A stretch of 60,529 nt of DNA from Bacteroidia bacterium. GTDB taxonomy: Bacteria > Bacteroidota > Bacteroidia > J057 > JADKCL01. The stretch covers positions 1 to 60,529 of the forward strand of contig JBFGVE010000003.1 of the NCBI GenBank assembly GCA_041565275.1, in the 5' to 3' direction. Within the stretch, counting starts at the first letter, position 1. Every line of letters begins with the position of its first letter. The notes below the pieces were generated by a model that saw only the letters and a program-made list of their open reading frames with translations, did no database searches and was not told the origin of the DNA. A program made the translations under genes and the position numbers. Shown here one piece after another: positions 8,365 through 18,149 of this stretch.

Positions 8365-9402
8365 ATGAAAAGGTTTTTCTTCGTAACTATCACACTGGCA
8401 CTTTTTACAAGTGGATGTGGACTCTTCGGGGGTAGCCAGACCGGCAAAAACGGCGAGTTGACAGGGGTTATGGATCGTCCAAGCTGGGACCAGCCCACCC
8501 CCTATGGAATGGTTCTAATTCCTCCCGGAAGTTTCCACATGGGTCAAAACGACCAGGATGTGAATTATTCCCAGGTTGCTCACAACCGCCAGATTACCAT
8601 AAGTGCATTTTATATGGATGATACTGAAATCACCAACAATGAATACCGCCAGTTTATTGAGACGGCAGTAGATACTCTTCCTGCTGATGTCGCTCAGTTG
8701 GTTTATCCCGATACGAATGTTTGGGTGAAGGATTTTGTATTCGCTTATAACGAACCTTTAACTGAAAATTATTATTGGCATCCCGCTTTTGATGATTATC
8801 CAGTTGTGGGAGTCAATTGGTATGCAGCTTCCGAATTCGCTCGCTGGCGCACTGCACACTACAATGACTATCGTGAAAGCATTGAAATGCCACATCTTCC
8901 TCGTTTTCGGCTTCCTACGGAATCAGAGTGGGAATATGCATCCCGTGGAGGTTTTGAACACAAAATTTATCCTTGGGAAGGTCCATATATCAGAAATTCT
9001 AAAGGTTGCTTCCTTGCGAACTTTAAACCTGGTCGTGGCGATTATATTGGAGATAACTTTGAGTATACTTGTCCTGCACGCTCTTATTGGCCTAATGACT
9101 ATGGTCTATGGTGTATGCCTGGTAACGTTGCTGAATGGTGTGAGGACGACTTTGAAGAGTCTGGCTACATATACTCCCATGATCTCAACCCTGTTTATCG
9201 TGATCCTCGGTACAAAAGTCAGGAGCGTATACCCAATGGAGCAAATATCCGGAAGGTCATCCGTGGCGGATCTTGGAAAGATATTGGTTACTTCCTTTCC
9301 TGCGGGACGCGTACTTACGAGTATGCAGACACTGCCAAATCCTTTGTAGGATTTCGTTGTGTTGTAACCATGATTGGTCGTTCTGGAGCAGCATCTTTTT
9401 AA
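8365..9402 (+). CDS. gldK: Gliding motility/T9SS lipoprotein GldK (PorK; FGE-sulfatase fold)
   Basis: Lipobox FTSG-C, PYGMVLIPPGSFHMG, FYMDDTEITNNEYRQF, YPVVGVNW, RLPTESEWEYASRGG, GCFLANFKPGRG; first gene of a K-L-M-N run. Confidence 0.93.
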   Translation: MKRFFFVTITLALFTSGCGLFGGSQTGKNGELTGVMDRPSWDQPTPYGMVLIPPGSFHMGQNDQDVNYSQVAHNRQITISAFYMDDTEITNNEYRQFIETAVDTLPADVAQLVYPDTNVWVKDFVFAYNEPLTENYYWHPAFDDYPVVGVNWYAASEFARWRTAHYNDYRESIEMPHLPRFRLPTESEWEYASRGGFEHKIYPWEGPYIRNSKGCFLANFKPGRGDYIGDNFEYTCPARSYWPNDYGLWCMPGNVAEWCEDDFEESGYIYSHDLNPVYRDPRYKSQERIPNGANIRKVIRGGSWKDIGYFLSCGTRTYEYADTAKSFVGFRCVVTMIGRSGAASF

Positions 9403-9536
9403 ATAGGGAAGTTCTAAACGATTGGTCCTGGAGATCAAAGACCAACTTTCATTAACCAGCATTAGATATTTTTCGAAATAATTGTCACAAGTAGCGTCTT
9501 ACTGGTAGTATTAGAAACATTAAGGAGAAGTAAATA

Positions 9537-10385
9537 ATGGCGAAGAAAAAAAGTTTTCTAGAATCGAGAAGCTTCAAGATCCTGCTGAAGTATCTCTACG
9601 GGATTGGTGCAGCGGTTGTAATTGCAGGTGCACTTTTCAAAATCATGCACTGGCAATATGCGAACGAAATGTTGATTGCAGGAATGGGTACTGAGGTATT
9701 GATCTTTTTTATCTCATCGTTTGAACCACTACACGAAGAGCTCGATTGGACTCGAGTTTATCCAGAACTTGCTGAAGAAAGCAAGCAGGATTTCCTTCCT
9801 GATGGTTTTGAAGACGAAGATCCTGATGGCCTTTCCGAGGGTAGAGCCCTGGAACTAGCCAATGAAAAGTTAGCGGAAATCCATTTATCTCCTGATCTGT
9901 TTGATTCCCTCACCGGATCTATTGAAGGCCTTAAAACCAATGTTGACAAGCTTTCCGATATTCAGGATGCCTCATTAGCTACTAACGAATATGCCAGTAG
10001 TGTTAGAAGTGCAACTCAGATGATGGGAGAATTGAATACCGGTTATTCCAGTACGGTTGATGCCATGAATAGCCTTTCTACCAGTGTTGGTGGTGCTGCC
10101 AGACAAGCCAATGCATATCATGAAGAAGTGCAGCGCGTTACTAAAAATTTGTCTTCTTTGAATGCAGTTTATGAAATGGAGCTTTCCGATGCGCAGACAC
10201 ATATCCAAACCATCAATAACTTCTATAACAGTCTCGGAAATGCAATGTCCAATATGGTTGAAGCATCAAAAGACGCAGAAGCTTATCGCAGTGAAGTTGC
10301 TGCATTGACCAAGAACTTGCGTGATTTGAACGGTATATATGGTGGAATGCTTTCTGCTATGGGTGGTGGCAGTCGTCTGGGTTAA
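9537..10385 (+). CDS. gldL: T9SS/gliding motor subunit GldL (PorL)
   Basis: YGIGAAVVIAGALFKIMHW, GMGTEVLIFFISSFEP; coiled-coil tail KNLSSLNAVYE...LNGIYGGMLSAM. Confidence 0.96.
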   Translation: MAKKKSFLESRSFKILLKYLYGIGAAVVIAGALFKIMHWQYANEMLIAGMGTEVLIFFISSFEPLHEELDWTRVYPELAEESKQDFLPDGFEDEDPDGLSEGRALELANEKLAEIHLSPDLFDSLTGSIEGLKTNVDKLSDIQDASLATNEYASSVRSATQMMGELNTGYSSTVDAMNSLSTSVGGAARQANAYHEEVQRVTKNLSSLNAVYEMELSDAQTHIQTINNFYNSLGNAMSNMVEASKDAEAYRSEVAALTKNLRDLNGIYGGMLSAMGGGSRLG

Positions 10386-10423
10386 TTCCTCAGTCTGATC
10401 ATTTAATAAAAGATAAAAAAGTT

Positions 10424-12133
10424 ATGGCTGGAGGAAGATTATCCCCAAGGCAAAAGATGATCAACATGATGTATCTCGTGCTCACGGCCTTGTTGGCTTT
10501 GAATGTGAGTGCAGAAATTTTGGAAGCCTTTGAAAGTTTACGTGAGTCATTGGCTGAGTCGGCCATTGAGTTCGCTGCAAAAAATAAGGATACCAAAGAA
10601 GGAATTGTTGCAAAGGTTGATGAAGAAGTCCAGGCTGGAAACACCAAAAATGCAGCGGTAAAGCGGTGGGTTACAAGTGTTGAGGCGAAGACGAATGAAG
10701 TCGTTAATGAGATCAATCAAGACATTGATACGCTTGAAGCTATCGGTGGTAAAAATCCCGATGGCAGTATTGAAAACAAATCTGAGACTGAACTCAATTA
10801 TCAGTACTGGATGGGTTCTGGTGGAGAAGAAAAAAATGGCGGGCGCGGTGCTGGTGGGGCAATTGAATTGTCTCGCTTATTAAATGGATATGCACAATGG
10901 GCCAGAAAATTTGCTGTGGATTCTTTGGGGGTTAAAAAGGAAGATCTTGAGATTTCGCCTTTTATTGCTGACACTTGTGAGTTTCCTGGTTGTATAACAG
11001 CTGCTGAAGCTAAAAAGGCAAATAAGAAGAAGTACGATAACGTTTGGGAATATAGGTCCTTCCATTCAAAGCCAATCGTTGCCGACCTTGCGCTTCTCGA
11101 AAAGTACAAACTTGATGTTCAAAACATTCATTCAGACCTTCTCCAGATCTTAAAGGCCCGCTTAGGCGCTGTTACCTTTAAGATTGACTCACTAATTTTG
11201 GTTGAGGCTCCATTTTCAAGGGTTGTAGCCGCAGGAATGAAGTTTGAAACTAAGCTTTTTGTTGCGGCCACGTCAGAAGCTGCAATACCTAGATTCGGTG
11301 GTTCGGGTAATATCCAGACTACTGACGGAGGTTTTGCTGCTTTGATGACAATGCAAGCTCCTGGTAGTTTTGCAAAAGGGCAAAATGAAAAGGAAATTCC
11401 TTATACGGCAACTGCTGTTATAAAAGACGCGTTTGGAGAAGATAAAGAACTGCGACTATCCAGTTCTTACACGGTTCGCAAACCGGAAGTTGTAATCACT
11501 TCGGCCTCGGTACAGAATCTGTATTATAAGTGTGGTAACATCATCAATGTTGATGTTCCGGCTTTGGGAGATTTCTACAACCCCGTTTTTAGTGCATCGG
11601 ATGCTGAAGTGCTGAAGAGCTCCAGAGATAAACGGAAAATAACAGTCGTCCCTTCAGGAAGAAAGTGTGTTCTTGGTGTATCCTCTAATACAAATGGCAG
11701 AGTTATTAAAATAGATGATGTTAAGTACAACGTCATCAAGCCACCTAGACCTGAGATCCAGCTTATCGTGAATGGAAAAGAGTATAATGGTACCAGCCCT
11801 ATTAACAAGAAATCTAGGTGTACGATTCGGATAAAGCCTGACTCTGATTTCAAGGCAGCTCTTCCCAAAGATGCCCGCTATATGATCAGTTCAATCAGCC
11901 TGAAATCTGCCAGGTCTCTGGGCGCTCCTCAGACAGTCGGAAGTTTTTCTGGAAATGGCAAGAATGCTGAAAATGGTGTCGATGTTAATTTGGGAAATAG
12001 GCTCAAGTCAGACCCTCCGGGAACGAAAATATATTTTAAACTTGAGAAGGTTTATCGGCTGAACTTCAAAAATCAAAGAATTGAAGAGAAGTTTGGTGAA
12101 ATTGATCTCTACATCGGAGCAGTTATCAAGTAA
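10424..12133 (+). CDS. gldM: T9SS/gliding motor subunit GldM (PorM)
   Basis: MAGGRLSPRQKMINMMYLVLTALLALNVSAEIL; ITSASVQNLYYKCGNIINVDVP. Confidence 0.96.
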   Translation: MAGGRLSPRQKMINMMYLVLTALLALNVSAEILEAFESLRESLAESAIEFAAKNKDTKEGIVAKVDEEVQAGNTKNAAVKRWVTSVEAKTNEVVNEINQDIDTLEAIGGKNPDGSIENKSETELNYQYWMGSGGEEKNGGRGAGGAIELSRLLNGYAQWARKFAVDSLGVKKEDLEISPFIADTCEFPGCITAAEAKKANKKKYDNVWEYRSFHSKPIVADLALLEKYKLDVQNIHSDLLQILKARLGAVTFKIDSLILVEAPFSRVVAAGMKFETKLFVAATSEAAIPRFGGSGNIQTTDGGFAALMTMQAPGSFAKGQNEKEIPYTATAVIKDAFGEDKELRLSSSYTVRKPEVVITSASVQNLYYKCGNIINVDVPALGDFYNPVFSASDAEVLKSSRDKRKITVVPSGRKCVLGVSSNTNGRVIKIDDVKYNVIKPPRPEIQLIVNGKEYNGTSPINKKSRCTIRIKPDSDFKAALPKDARYMISSISLKSARSLGAPQTVGSFSGNGKNAENGVDVNLGNRLKSDPPGTKIYFKLEKVYRLNFKNQRIEEKFGEIDLYIGAVIK

Positions 12134-12148
12134 ATTTAAAGACGCATC

Positions 12149-13036
12149 ATGAAAAGAGTAGCTTTTGTACCACTGTTTGTCCTATTGATGGGAATGTTCT
12201 TGGATGTAGCAGCTCAAATCCCGGGAGCACGTATACCTCCCAGGAAAGATGATCACTTCTGGAGAAGAAAAGTACTTAACCGTATTGACCTAGATGAAAA
12301 GGTAAATGAACCTCTTGTGAGAGCAGAGAGATCCGATCTATACGGCAATCCTGATTTTGGTGAAACACGCGGTATTGTCGTTGCCTTGGTCAATGGGTTG
12401 AAGTCTGGTAAGTACCTCGCTTATCATCCAGACTCTTTAAATAAGTCTTTAACTTATGAAGATATTGTTGCTAAAGCACAACAGATTGAGGGAACGGATG
12501 ATAGCGATGATGGATGGGATGATGGCGACGATTTTGGGGATGAATTTGATGCTGGTGACGACTTTGGCAGTGATGAGTTTGGTGATGAGTTTGGTGATGA
12601 GTTTGGTGACCTTGAAGGTGATTCTGATCCTTTCGGTGCCAGCGAAACCATTTCTGAACAAGAAGGTGATTTCTCTATTGCTCCTTTTGAGTCTGTCATT
12701 GAATTCATCGAAGATCGTATTTTTGATAAGAATCGTTCGGACATGGTTTACGATATCCAATATATTCGCCTTGTCTGGGTAGATCCGGGAGAAACGCTCC
12801 CAGATATAAATTTCCTCTGCTTCAAATACTCTGACGTTCTTGAAACTCTCGAGGACTGTCAATGGAAGAACAAGTTTAATGATGCTGAGTATCGGAATAT
12901 GCGCGAAATTTTCGAATTACGTCTCTTTAATAGCTATATAGTGGATGTTTCAGGACGTAGTGTACTAACCTTGGAGGAGTCGGATTTCCGTCGTAATCAG
13001 TTGGTGGAATTTGAGCATCACCTCTGGAGTTTCTGA
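12149..13036 (+). CDS. gldN: T9SS/gliding protein GldN (PorN) with acidic low-complexity insertion
   Basis: WRRKVLNRIDLDEKVNEPL, IEDRIFDKNRSDM, FELRLFNSYIV, terminal EFEHHLWSF; follows gldM. Confidence 0.93.
   Translation: MKRVAFVPLFVLLMGMFLDVAAQIPGARIPPRKDDHFWRRKVLNRIDLDEKVNEPLVRAERSDLYGNPDFGETRGIVVALVNGLKSGKYLAYHPDSLNKSLTYEDIVAKAQQIEGTDDSDDGWDDGDDFGDEFDAGDDFGSDEFGDEFGDEFGDLEGDSDPFGASETISEQEGDFSIAPFESVIEFIEDRIFDKNRSDMVYDIQYIRLVWVDPGETLPDINFLCFKYSDVLETLEDCQWKNKFNDAEYRNMREIFELRLFNSYIVDVSGRSVLTLEESDFRRNQLVEFEHHLWSF
12572..12607 (+). repeat. Perfect 12-bp in-frame tandem repeat x3 (GATGAGTTTGGT = DEFG) within gldN
   Basis: Read directly from sequence. Confidence 0.95.
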
Positions 13037-13063
13037 TACGAATTTATTTCTTCTTTGACTAAG

Positions 13064-13101
13064 CAAGCCACCCCATTTATTATAGGGTGGCTTGTTACTT
13101 T
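13064..13101 (+). terminator. Intrinsic terminator after gldN
   Basis: Perfect 10-bp stem CAAGCCACCC (13064-13073)/GGGTGGCTTG (13085-13094) followed by TTACTTT, 27 nt after the stop. Confidence 0.75.
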
Positions 13102-13249
13102 AAATTCGATAGTGTATTCTAAGGTGAAACTGTTGCACCGCGTGTTTTACCAATTAACATTTTGGGACTGTTGCACAGGCATAACATTCTCCATTACTGG
13201 AAAAAGCCCAGAAATGGATGGGTTGGAGAGTGAGAGGCTAATATAGGGA

Positions 13250-14455
13250 TCATTTGTACATACCTTTTCGATTGGAACGCACCTTTAATCCTATGAAAAT
13301 AAGCGCAGACACAACAGATAAAATCACAACGATCGCATAGGCGTTGAAGGTTGTATCACGTTTTACGGCTTTGTCCAGTTCAGCCTCTCCAGCAAACCTT
13401 AAAGGAGTATCTTTTTTTTCATCATTCTGACTGATTGCTTTGTGAATTACCTTTGCAACCATTCCTGTATCGCGGCTATGTATGTAACGAAATCCATTTA
13501 CTGATGTACTATAGGTTTCAGATAAGAGCTCTTTTACTTCAGAAAAACTGTCAGGCTCTTTATCCAGGTAGGCAATCTCAACCTTTTGGACAGCATCAAG
13601 ATCTGCCTGAAAATGCTTTTTAAACTGAGTAAACTGGTACATATCAAAACGCCTATGTACCACCATTGGGTGTTCTAATGCGTACAAAGCTTTGTTTTCG
13701 AATTTAGCTTGATGATTAGGTACTAAGTGCATGGCACGGAGGTAAGCACTACAACCAAGCCAATTCGAAATTACCAAATCTGTATTCTGACTCAATAAAT
13801 CTCCTAATAACTCAAAATAGACAGGGTGCTCCTTGGACAATAGGATCAGATCAATAATGCTTTCCACCATTCTCTGGTAAGATTCGGTATCGTAGGTATT
13901 TTTTCCCCAGCGGAGCGAGTCCTGACAATAAAAAAAGAATCCACCGTTGAAATGGGGGAATAAAGGGGGGGTATCGCCATACTTGTTAAGATAGTTGGCA
14001 ATGAGTCTATATTCGTTAAGTCGGCAAATACGACTAAGAGGGACCTTGTTCTCTGAAGAATCAAATGCTATGACTGCTTGAGCGTAATCCCTGCTAAGAA
14101 GTTTGAAAATACCTTTCCAATAGCTGTTTCGACTGACTTCTTCATCGTGGGTTGTCTCAGTGATAGAAACTATTTCCTTGCCAATCGCCTTTTTGTTTTC
14201 AAGATGAAGGTTTGAGATTCTATGAGACCACTCGTTCCAACCATTCTCAGCAAGTTCGTTTCTTGCTACTTTCAATCCTTTCTTCCCTAAGCGAGGATAG
14301 TTTCCCAATATTACCTGTAAAACAGAAATTTCCCCCTCGGAGCCTAGTAGGTTTAAGTGATCACAGTCTTGGGTCCAAAGCCCTTGAGGCGAGCTCATTA
14401 TACCCAACATAACAAATAAAATGAGCCTCTTCTTTGCCTTATCGACTTTTTTCAC
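13250..14455 (-). CDS. Hypothetical exported helical (TPR-like) protein with C-terminal membrane anchor
   Basis: 401-aa ORF, N-terminal hydrophobic stretch, helical core (YFELLGDLL...SAYLRA), C-terminal TM AYAIVVILSVVSALIFIGL. Confidence 0.65.
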   Translation of the reverse strand: MKKVDKAKKRLILFVMLGIMSSPQGLWTQDCDHLNLLGSEGEISVLQVILGNYPRLGKKGLKVARNELAENGWNEWSHRISNLHLENKKAIGKEIVSITETTHDEEVSRNSYWKGIFKLLSRDYAQAVIAFDSSENKVPLSRICRLNEYRLIANYLNKYGDTPPLFPHFNGGFFFYCQDSLRWGKNTYDTESYQRMVESIIDLILLSKEHPVYFELLGDLLSQNTDLVISNWLGCSAYLRAMHLVPNHQAKFENKALYALEHPMVVHRRFDMYQFTQFKKHFQADLDAVQKVEIAYLDKEPDSFSEVKELLSETYSTSVNGFRYIHSRDTGMVAKVIHKAISQNDEKKDTPLRFAGEAELDKAVKRDTTFNAYAIVVILSVVSALIFIGLKVRSNRKGMYK

Positions 14456-14658
14456 GTAGTAGAGTAATTGAATAAACCAGGGTTTGCTGGTTACAATGCC
14501 TTATACTGACCAGATGTCACAGGGGTATGAGTGCCTTTCCCGTTCGAGAGAAGTATGGAGTTGTATGCCTTGTTGACTTCTCGCTGAACCACACAGAATT
14601 TTTGGAAAAGTACGTTCTCTTACCAACTTCCTAGCTGATTACCCAGTCAAACGTGTAT

Positions 14659-15258
14659 TTAAGCATCTTCATAATTTTTGTTGACTTGATCCCAATTGAT
14701 TACATTGAAGAAAGCTGAAATGTAATCAGGACGACGGTTCTGATAGTGTAGATAATAAGCATGTTCCCAGACATCGAGCCCAAGGATTGGCGTACCAGCA
14801 CCTGAGTCCATTAAGGGGTTATCCTGGTTAGGGGAGGAGGTCACTGCAACAGTACCATCAGAATTCTTAACGAGCCAAGCCCATCCAGAGCCAAACTGGG
14901 TTGCAGCAGCATTTGAAAAAGCATTCTTAAAGGCATCGAAACTTTCAAAAGCTTCATTGATAGCTATACCTACGGTGCCATGCGGTTCGCCTCCCCCATC
15001 AGGACTCATGATTTTCCAGAAAAGAGAGTGATTGAAGTAGCCGCCACCGTTGTTTCGGATGCTTGCAGAGCCATCTTTGGCACCTGCTAAGATTTCTTCA
15101 ATAGTTTTTCCCTCCAGCTCCGTACCTTCAATGGCTGCATTTAATTTACTAGTATATCCTGCATAATGCTTTCCATGATGAATCTCCATGGTACGTGCAT
15201 CGATATGGGGCTCTAAAGCATCGTATGCGTAGGGAAGGTCAAATAACGTAAAGTGCAT
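14659..15258 (-). CDS. sodA: Superoxide dismutase, predicted Mn type
   Basis: [48 protein letters not shown]; GGG plus NQD are Mn-type signatures. Confidence 0.95.
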   Translation of the reverse strand: MHFTLFDLPYAYDALEPHIDARTMEIHHGKHYAGYTSKLNAAIEGTELEGKTIEEILAGAKDGSASIRNNGGGYFNHSLFWKIMSPDGGGEPHGTVGIAINEAFESFDAFKNAFSNAAATQFGSGWAWLVKNSDGTVAVTSSPNQDNPLMDSGAGTPILGLDVWEHAYYLHYQNRRPDYISAFFNVINWDQVNKNYEDA

Positions 15259-15299
15259 ATTATTTTTGATGATTTAAATGTTTTATTATATGATGCTAA

Positions 15300-15327
15300 T
15301 ATAACCTTCGCAAGTGAAAATTGTTCC
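15300..15327 (-). promoter_or_regulatory. Possible ECF-sigma-type promoter upstream of sodA
   Basis: Minus strand GGAAC-N17-GTTATA, about 40 nt before the start codon. Confidence 0.3.
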
Positions 15328-15555
15328 TTATTGTAGTATTTAAAACAGAAGCGAGAATAGAATTGTATGGCTACCCGCATCTCCGCATCCAAAGTTTATT
15401 GAACACTCACAAATGTGGACTTGACAACCATGCAGCGCAACAGCTTAGAGTGTAAATTCCAATAAGATTCATGGTTTTAAAAACTTTGAGAGTAGTTTTT
15501 AAGGAAATTACCAAGCATTCATGTCACTCCGCAACCGAAAAAATAGCAGAAATCC

Positions 15556-16584
15556 TCAATATAATAACCGCTGGGAATATATTTCTTCAATAACCTCAAC
15601 TACTTTCATACCCTCAAACCCATTAGTGGTAGCAGTTGTCTTCCCACGTAAAGTGGAGACAACATTTTCAAAAATATAATGGTGATTGGCCGCGCTTCCT
15701 TTGTAGGGACCATAGTCGTTTGGAGGATTGGCAGGAGGAAGTTCGGGGGCTTCATATCCTTCTACATGGCAGTATTCTATTCGCTCCATGTATTGCCCTC
15801 CCACTTTAATGGTTCCTTTATCTCCAAAAATCGTAATGGAACTTTCAAAATTCTTGTCCCAGACGGAAGTACTGTAGTTGAGACTTCCTATTATACCGGA
15901 GGGAAATCGGAATAAAACATGACCGGTATCTTCAAACTCTGTATTATGCTGGTGGTTGTAATTCTTGAAACGGCAGGAAAAATCCTCAGGTTCACCAAAT
16001 AGCCAGAACAAAATATCGATGAAATGACTAAACTGGGTAAAGAGGGGTCCCCCGTCCATCTTCCTGCTACCTCTCCAATCGCTGGATCCATAGTACCGAT
16101 CATCACGGTTCCAGAAACAATTAACCTGTACGCTGAATATCTTTCCCAGATGGCCAGCTGTCACCATGTCTTTCAACCAGATTGAAGTAGGGCTGTACCG
16201 GTTCTGCATGACGATAAAAACCTGCTTTGACAATTGTAGAGCCTTGACCAGAACCGCCTCACAATTGGCTTTGGAAAGCCCCATTGGTTTTTCAATCACC
16301 AAATGGCGCCTTTGTCTTAGAGCCAGCATAGCTAGGTCTGTGTGACTTCCATTAGGCGTACAAATACAGATAACTTCAGCCTCAGGTACTTGCTCCAGCA
16401 ACTCCTCCGCTGACTCAAAAAAGGGAACTCCATAAGCTTCTGCAACTGCTTTCTTTTCTGCTTTGATATCACAGATACCCACCAAGGTGCATTCCGGATG
16501 TCCTTTGATGATCTCTGCGTGGCGTTGACCAATAAAACCGAAGCCAATAACTGAAAAACGGATAGGAGCAAGTGTTGAGGTCAT
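15556..16584 (-). CDS. Gfo/Idh/MocA oxidoreductase (WbpB/WlbA-like nucleotide-sugar dehydrogenase)
   Basis: Rossmann VIGFGFIG, ICTPNGSH, VIEKPM, MDGGPLFTQFSHFID. ATG 16584 preferred over TTG 16593. Confidence 0.9.
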   Translation of the reverse strand: MTSTLAPIRFSVIGFGFIGQRHAEIIKGHPECTLVGICDIKAEKKAVAEAYGVPFFESAEELLEQVPEAEVICICTPNGSHTDLAMLALRQRRHLVIEKPMGLSKANCEAVLVKALQLSKQVFIVMQNRYSPTSIWLKDMVTAGHLGKIFSVQVNCFWNRDDRYYGSSDWRGSRKMDGGPLFTQFSHFIDILFWLFGEPEDFSCRFKNYNHQHNTEFEDTGHVLFRFPSGIIGSLNYSTSVWDKNFESSITIFGDKGTIKVGGQYMERIEYCHVEGYEAPELPPANPPNDYGPYKGSAANHHYIFENVVSTLRGKTTATTNGFEGMKVVEVIEEIYSQRLLY

Positions 16585-16598
16585 TGGGGGCAAAGTTA

Positions 16599-18074
16599 CT
16601 AAATGATCTTTCTTTTCACCAAAAGGATTAATCGGTTGACATCTGGGGAAACACCTGAGAAATATACAAGGATACCGTAGACGAATGCATAGGTGATGGA
16701 ACGGACCGCAATATCCACCCAGAATGGATCGGAAACCGGGATGAAAAAGTCTGGAATGAATGCAATTCCAGCAAAAAGAAGTAATGAGAGCATTTTTGAG
16801 CTAAAGGGATACAATCCGTAAGCAATATACAAAAGGAGAACCCTGCCTATCTGAATAATAGTCCAGGAAATAAAGGTGGCTAGCGCTGCCCCATCAATCC
16901 CATAGAGGCGAATTAGTTGAATATTCAGAATGATAGATAAGAACGCGAGGAAAATGTTCAGGATAAGGTCGTATTTAAACATTTTGGAAGCCATCAAAAT
17001 AGAGGTGTTGAGGCCGGAGGCCATGTCTATCAACTTAGTAAGGGCGAGTAAGAGCAATGCGATTTCCGCCCCTGCAAATTCAGGCGTGGTCAATTTAACC
17101 AAGTTGTTACGGTTGATCCAGATGCCGAAAAATAAGACCAATCCAAAGAGAAGGCTGAGGAAGGATACTCTTTGATAAAGTTCCTGTAATCCGGTAATAT
17201 TCTCGGTTTTCCAAAATTCACCTACTTTGGGAGCAGACACACTCGTTAAGGCCCGGTATGGGAACAATATGAAGGCGGTTACGTACATGTAGGTTGTATA
17301 AACTCCTGCTTTCTCGAGCGACACCATGTCGGCCACCATTACCGCATCCACCGTCATGACGATGAGGTAGGAGGTGGATCCAAGAAAGGCAAAAAATCCA
17401 TATCCAACGATTTCCCTAAGATTTTGGCGGATTTCTTTGCCCAGTTTGGGCCTGATGAAATTTTGCTTTAGCCAGATAACATAGGCTATGATAATCAGAG
17501 CGATCGAGCAATTGGAAACGGTAAATATCCAGATAAATTCCTCGAACGTGACCAGATTAACGGCATATAGAAAGATACTTACAGTGACCATGACCCGAAG
17601 GAATATGTCTCGTATCAGGCTCACCACATATGTCTTGAAAAGTACTTGGAGGTAACAAGTGTAAATATTGAATCCCAAGAAAAAAAAGCCAATTATGAAA
17701 ATAATGTGGTAATGTTCAACCAGTAGTGCTGAATTTACACTTAAGTGGTTAAGGATCAAATCTTTGCACAAAAGAAAGGCCGATCCAATCAATAAAAAGC
17801 CAATCGATCCGAATATGAACCCAAGAAAAAGGATGCCGTTATGCATATTTTCCCGGTCTTTGAAAAATGGAAAGAACTTGATGGTGACAATACCATATCC
17901 CAACAATGCAAGCTGAGCCAGGGTCATAGCCATATTGATGGATATATTCAGCAATCCAACTTGATCCAGATCAAAGAAGCGGGGTAGAAGAATGATCTTG
18001 TTGACAAGGCCAAGAGCGGCACCAAAGTAGGCGGACAGGGTTGAGAAGGAACTTTCTTTGCGAACTACTCCCAT
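16599..18074 (-). CDS. Polysaccharide flippase (Wzx/MOP superfamily)
   Basis: MGVVRKESSFST start typical of Bacteroidota flippases, about 14 TM segments, LIRLYGIDGAALAT. Confidence 0.85.
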   Translation of the reverse strand: MGVVRKESSFSTLSAYFGAALGLVNKIILLPRFFDLDQVGLLNISINMAMTLAQLALLGYGIVTIKFFPFFKDRENMHNGILFLGFIFGSIGFLLIGSAFLLCKDLILNHLSVNSALLVEHYHIIFIIGFFFLGFNIYTCYLQVLFKTYVVSLIRDIFLRVMVTVSIFLYAVNLVTFEEFIWIFTVSNCSIALIIIAYVIWLKQNFIRPKLGKEIRQNLREIVGYGFFAFLGSTSYLIVMTVDAVMVADMVSLEKAGVYTTYMYVTAFILFPYRALTSVSAPKVGEFWKTENITGLQELYQRVSFLSLLFGLVLFFGIWINRNNLVKLTTPEFAGAEIALLLLALTKLIDMASGLNTSILMASKMFKYDLILNIFLAFLSIILNIQLIRLYGIDGAALATFISWTIIQIGRVLLLYIAYGLYPFSSKMLSLLLFAGIAFIPDFFIPVSDPFWVDIAVRSITYAFVYGILVYFSGVSPDVNRLILLVKRKII

Positions 18075-18149
18075 TGCAAGGCTTTTAGTATCCTCATCCC
18101 ATATAGTTTTGGGATTCGGAGCTCAAAGATCGGCAATTTCAGCAACTAT

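Noticed and set aside
10960-11040. Cys pair and Lys-rich insert in GldM (TCEFPGC...KKANKKKY)
   Set aside because: Periplasmic disulfide loops and variable inserts are plausible ordinary variation; cannot show it is unusual without an alignment.
13129-13176. ACTGTTGCAC direct repeat, and the 12-mer CTGTTGCACCGC shared with 22120-22131
   Set aside because: A shared 12-mer among a few kb of intergenic DNA is near chance expectation, and there is no consistent position relative to genes.
15477-15502. 9-bp AT-rich inverted repeat between the oxidoreductase and sodA
   Set aside because: Low-complexity A/T stem, too weak for a terminator and not assignable to a regulator.
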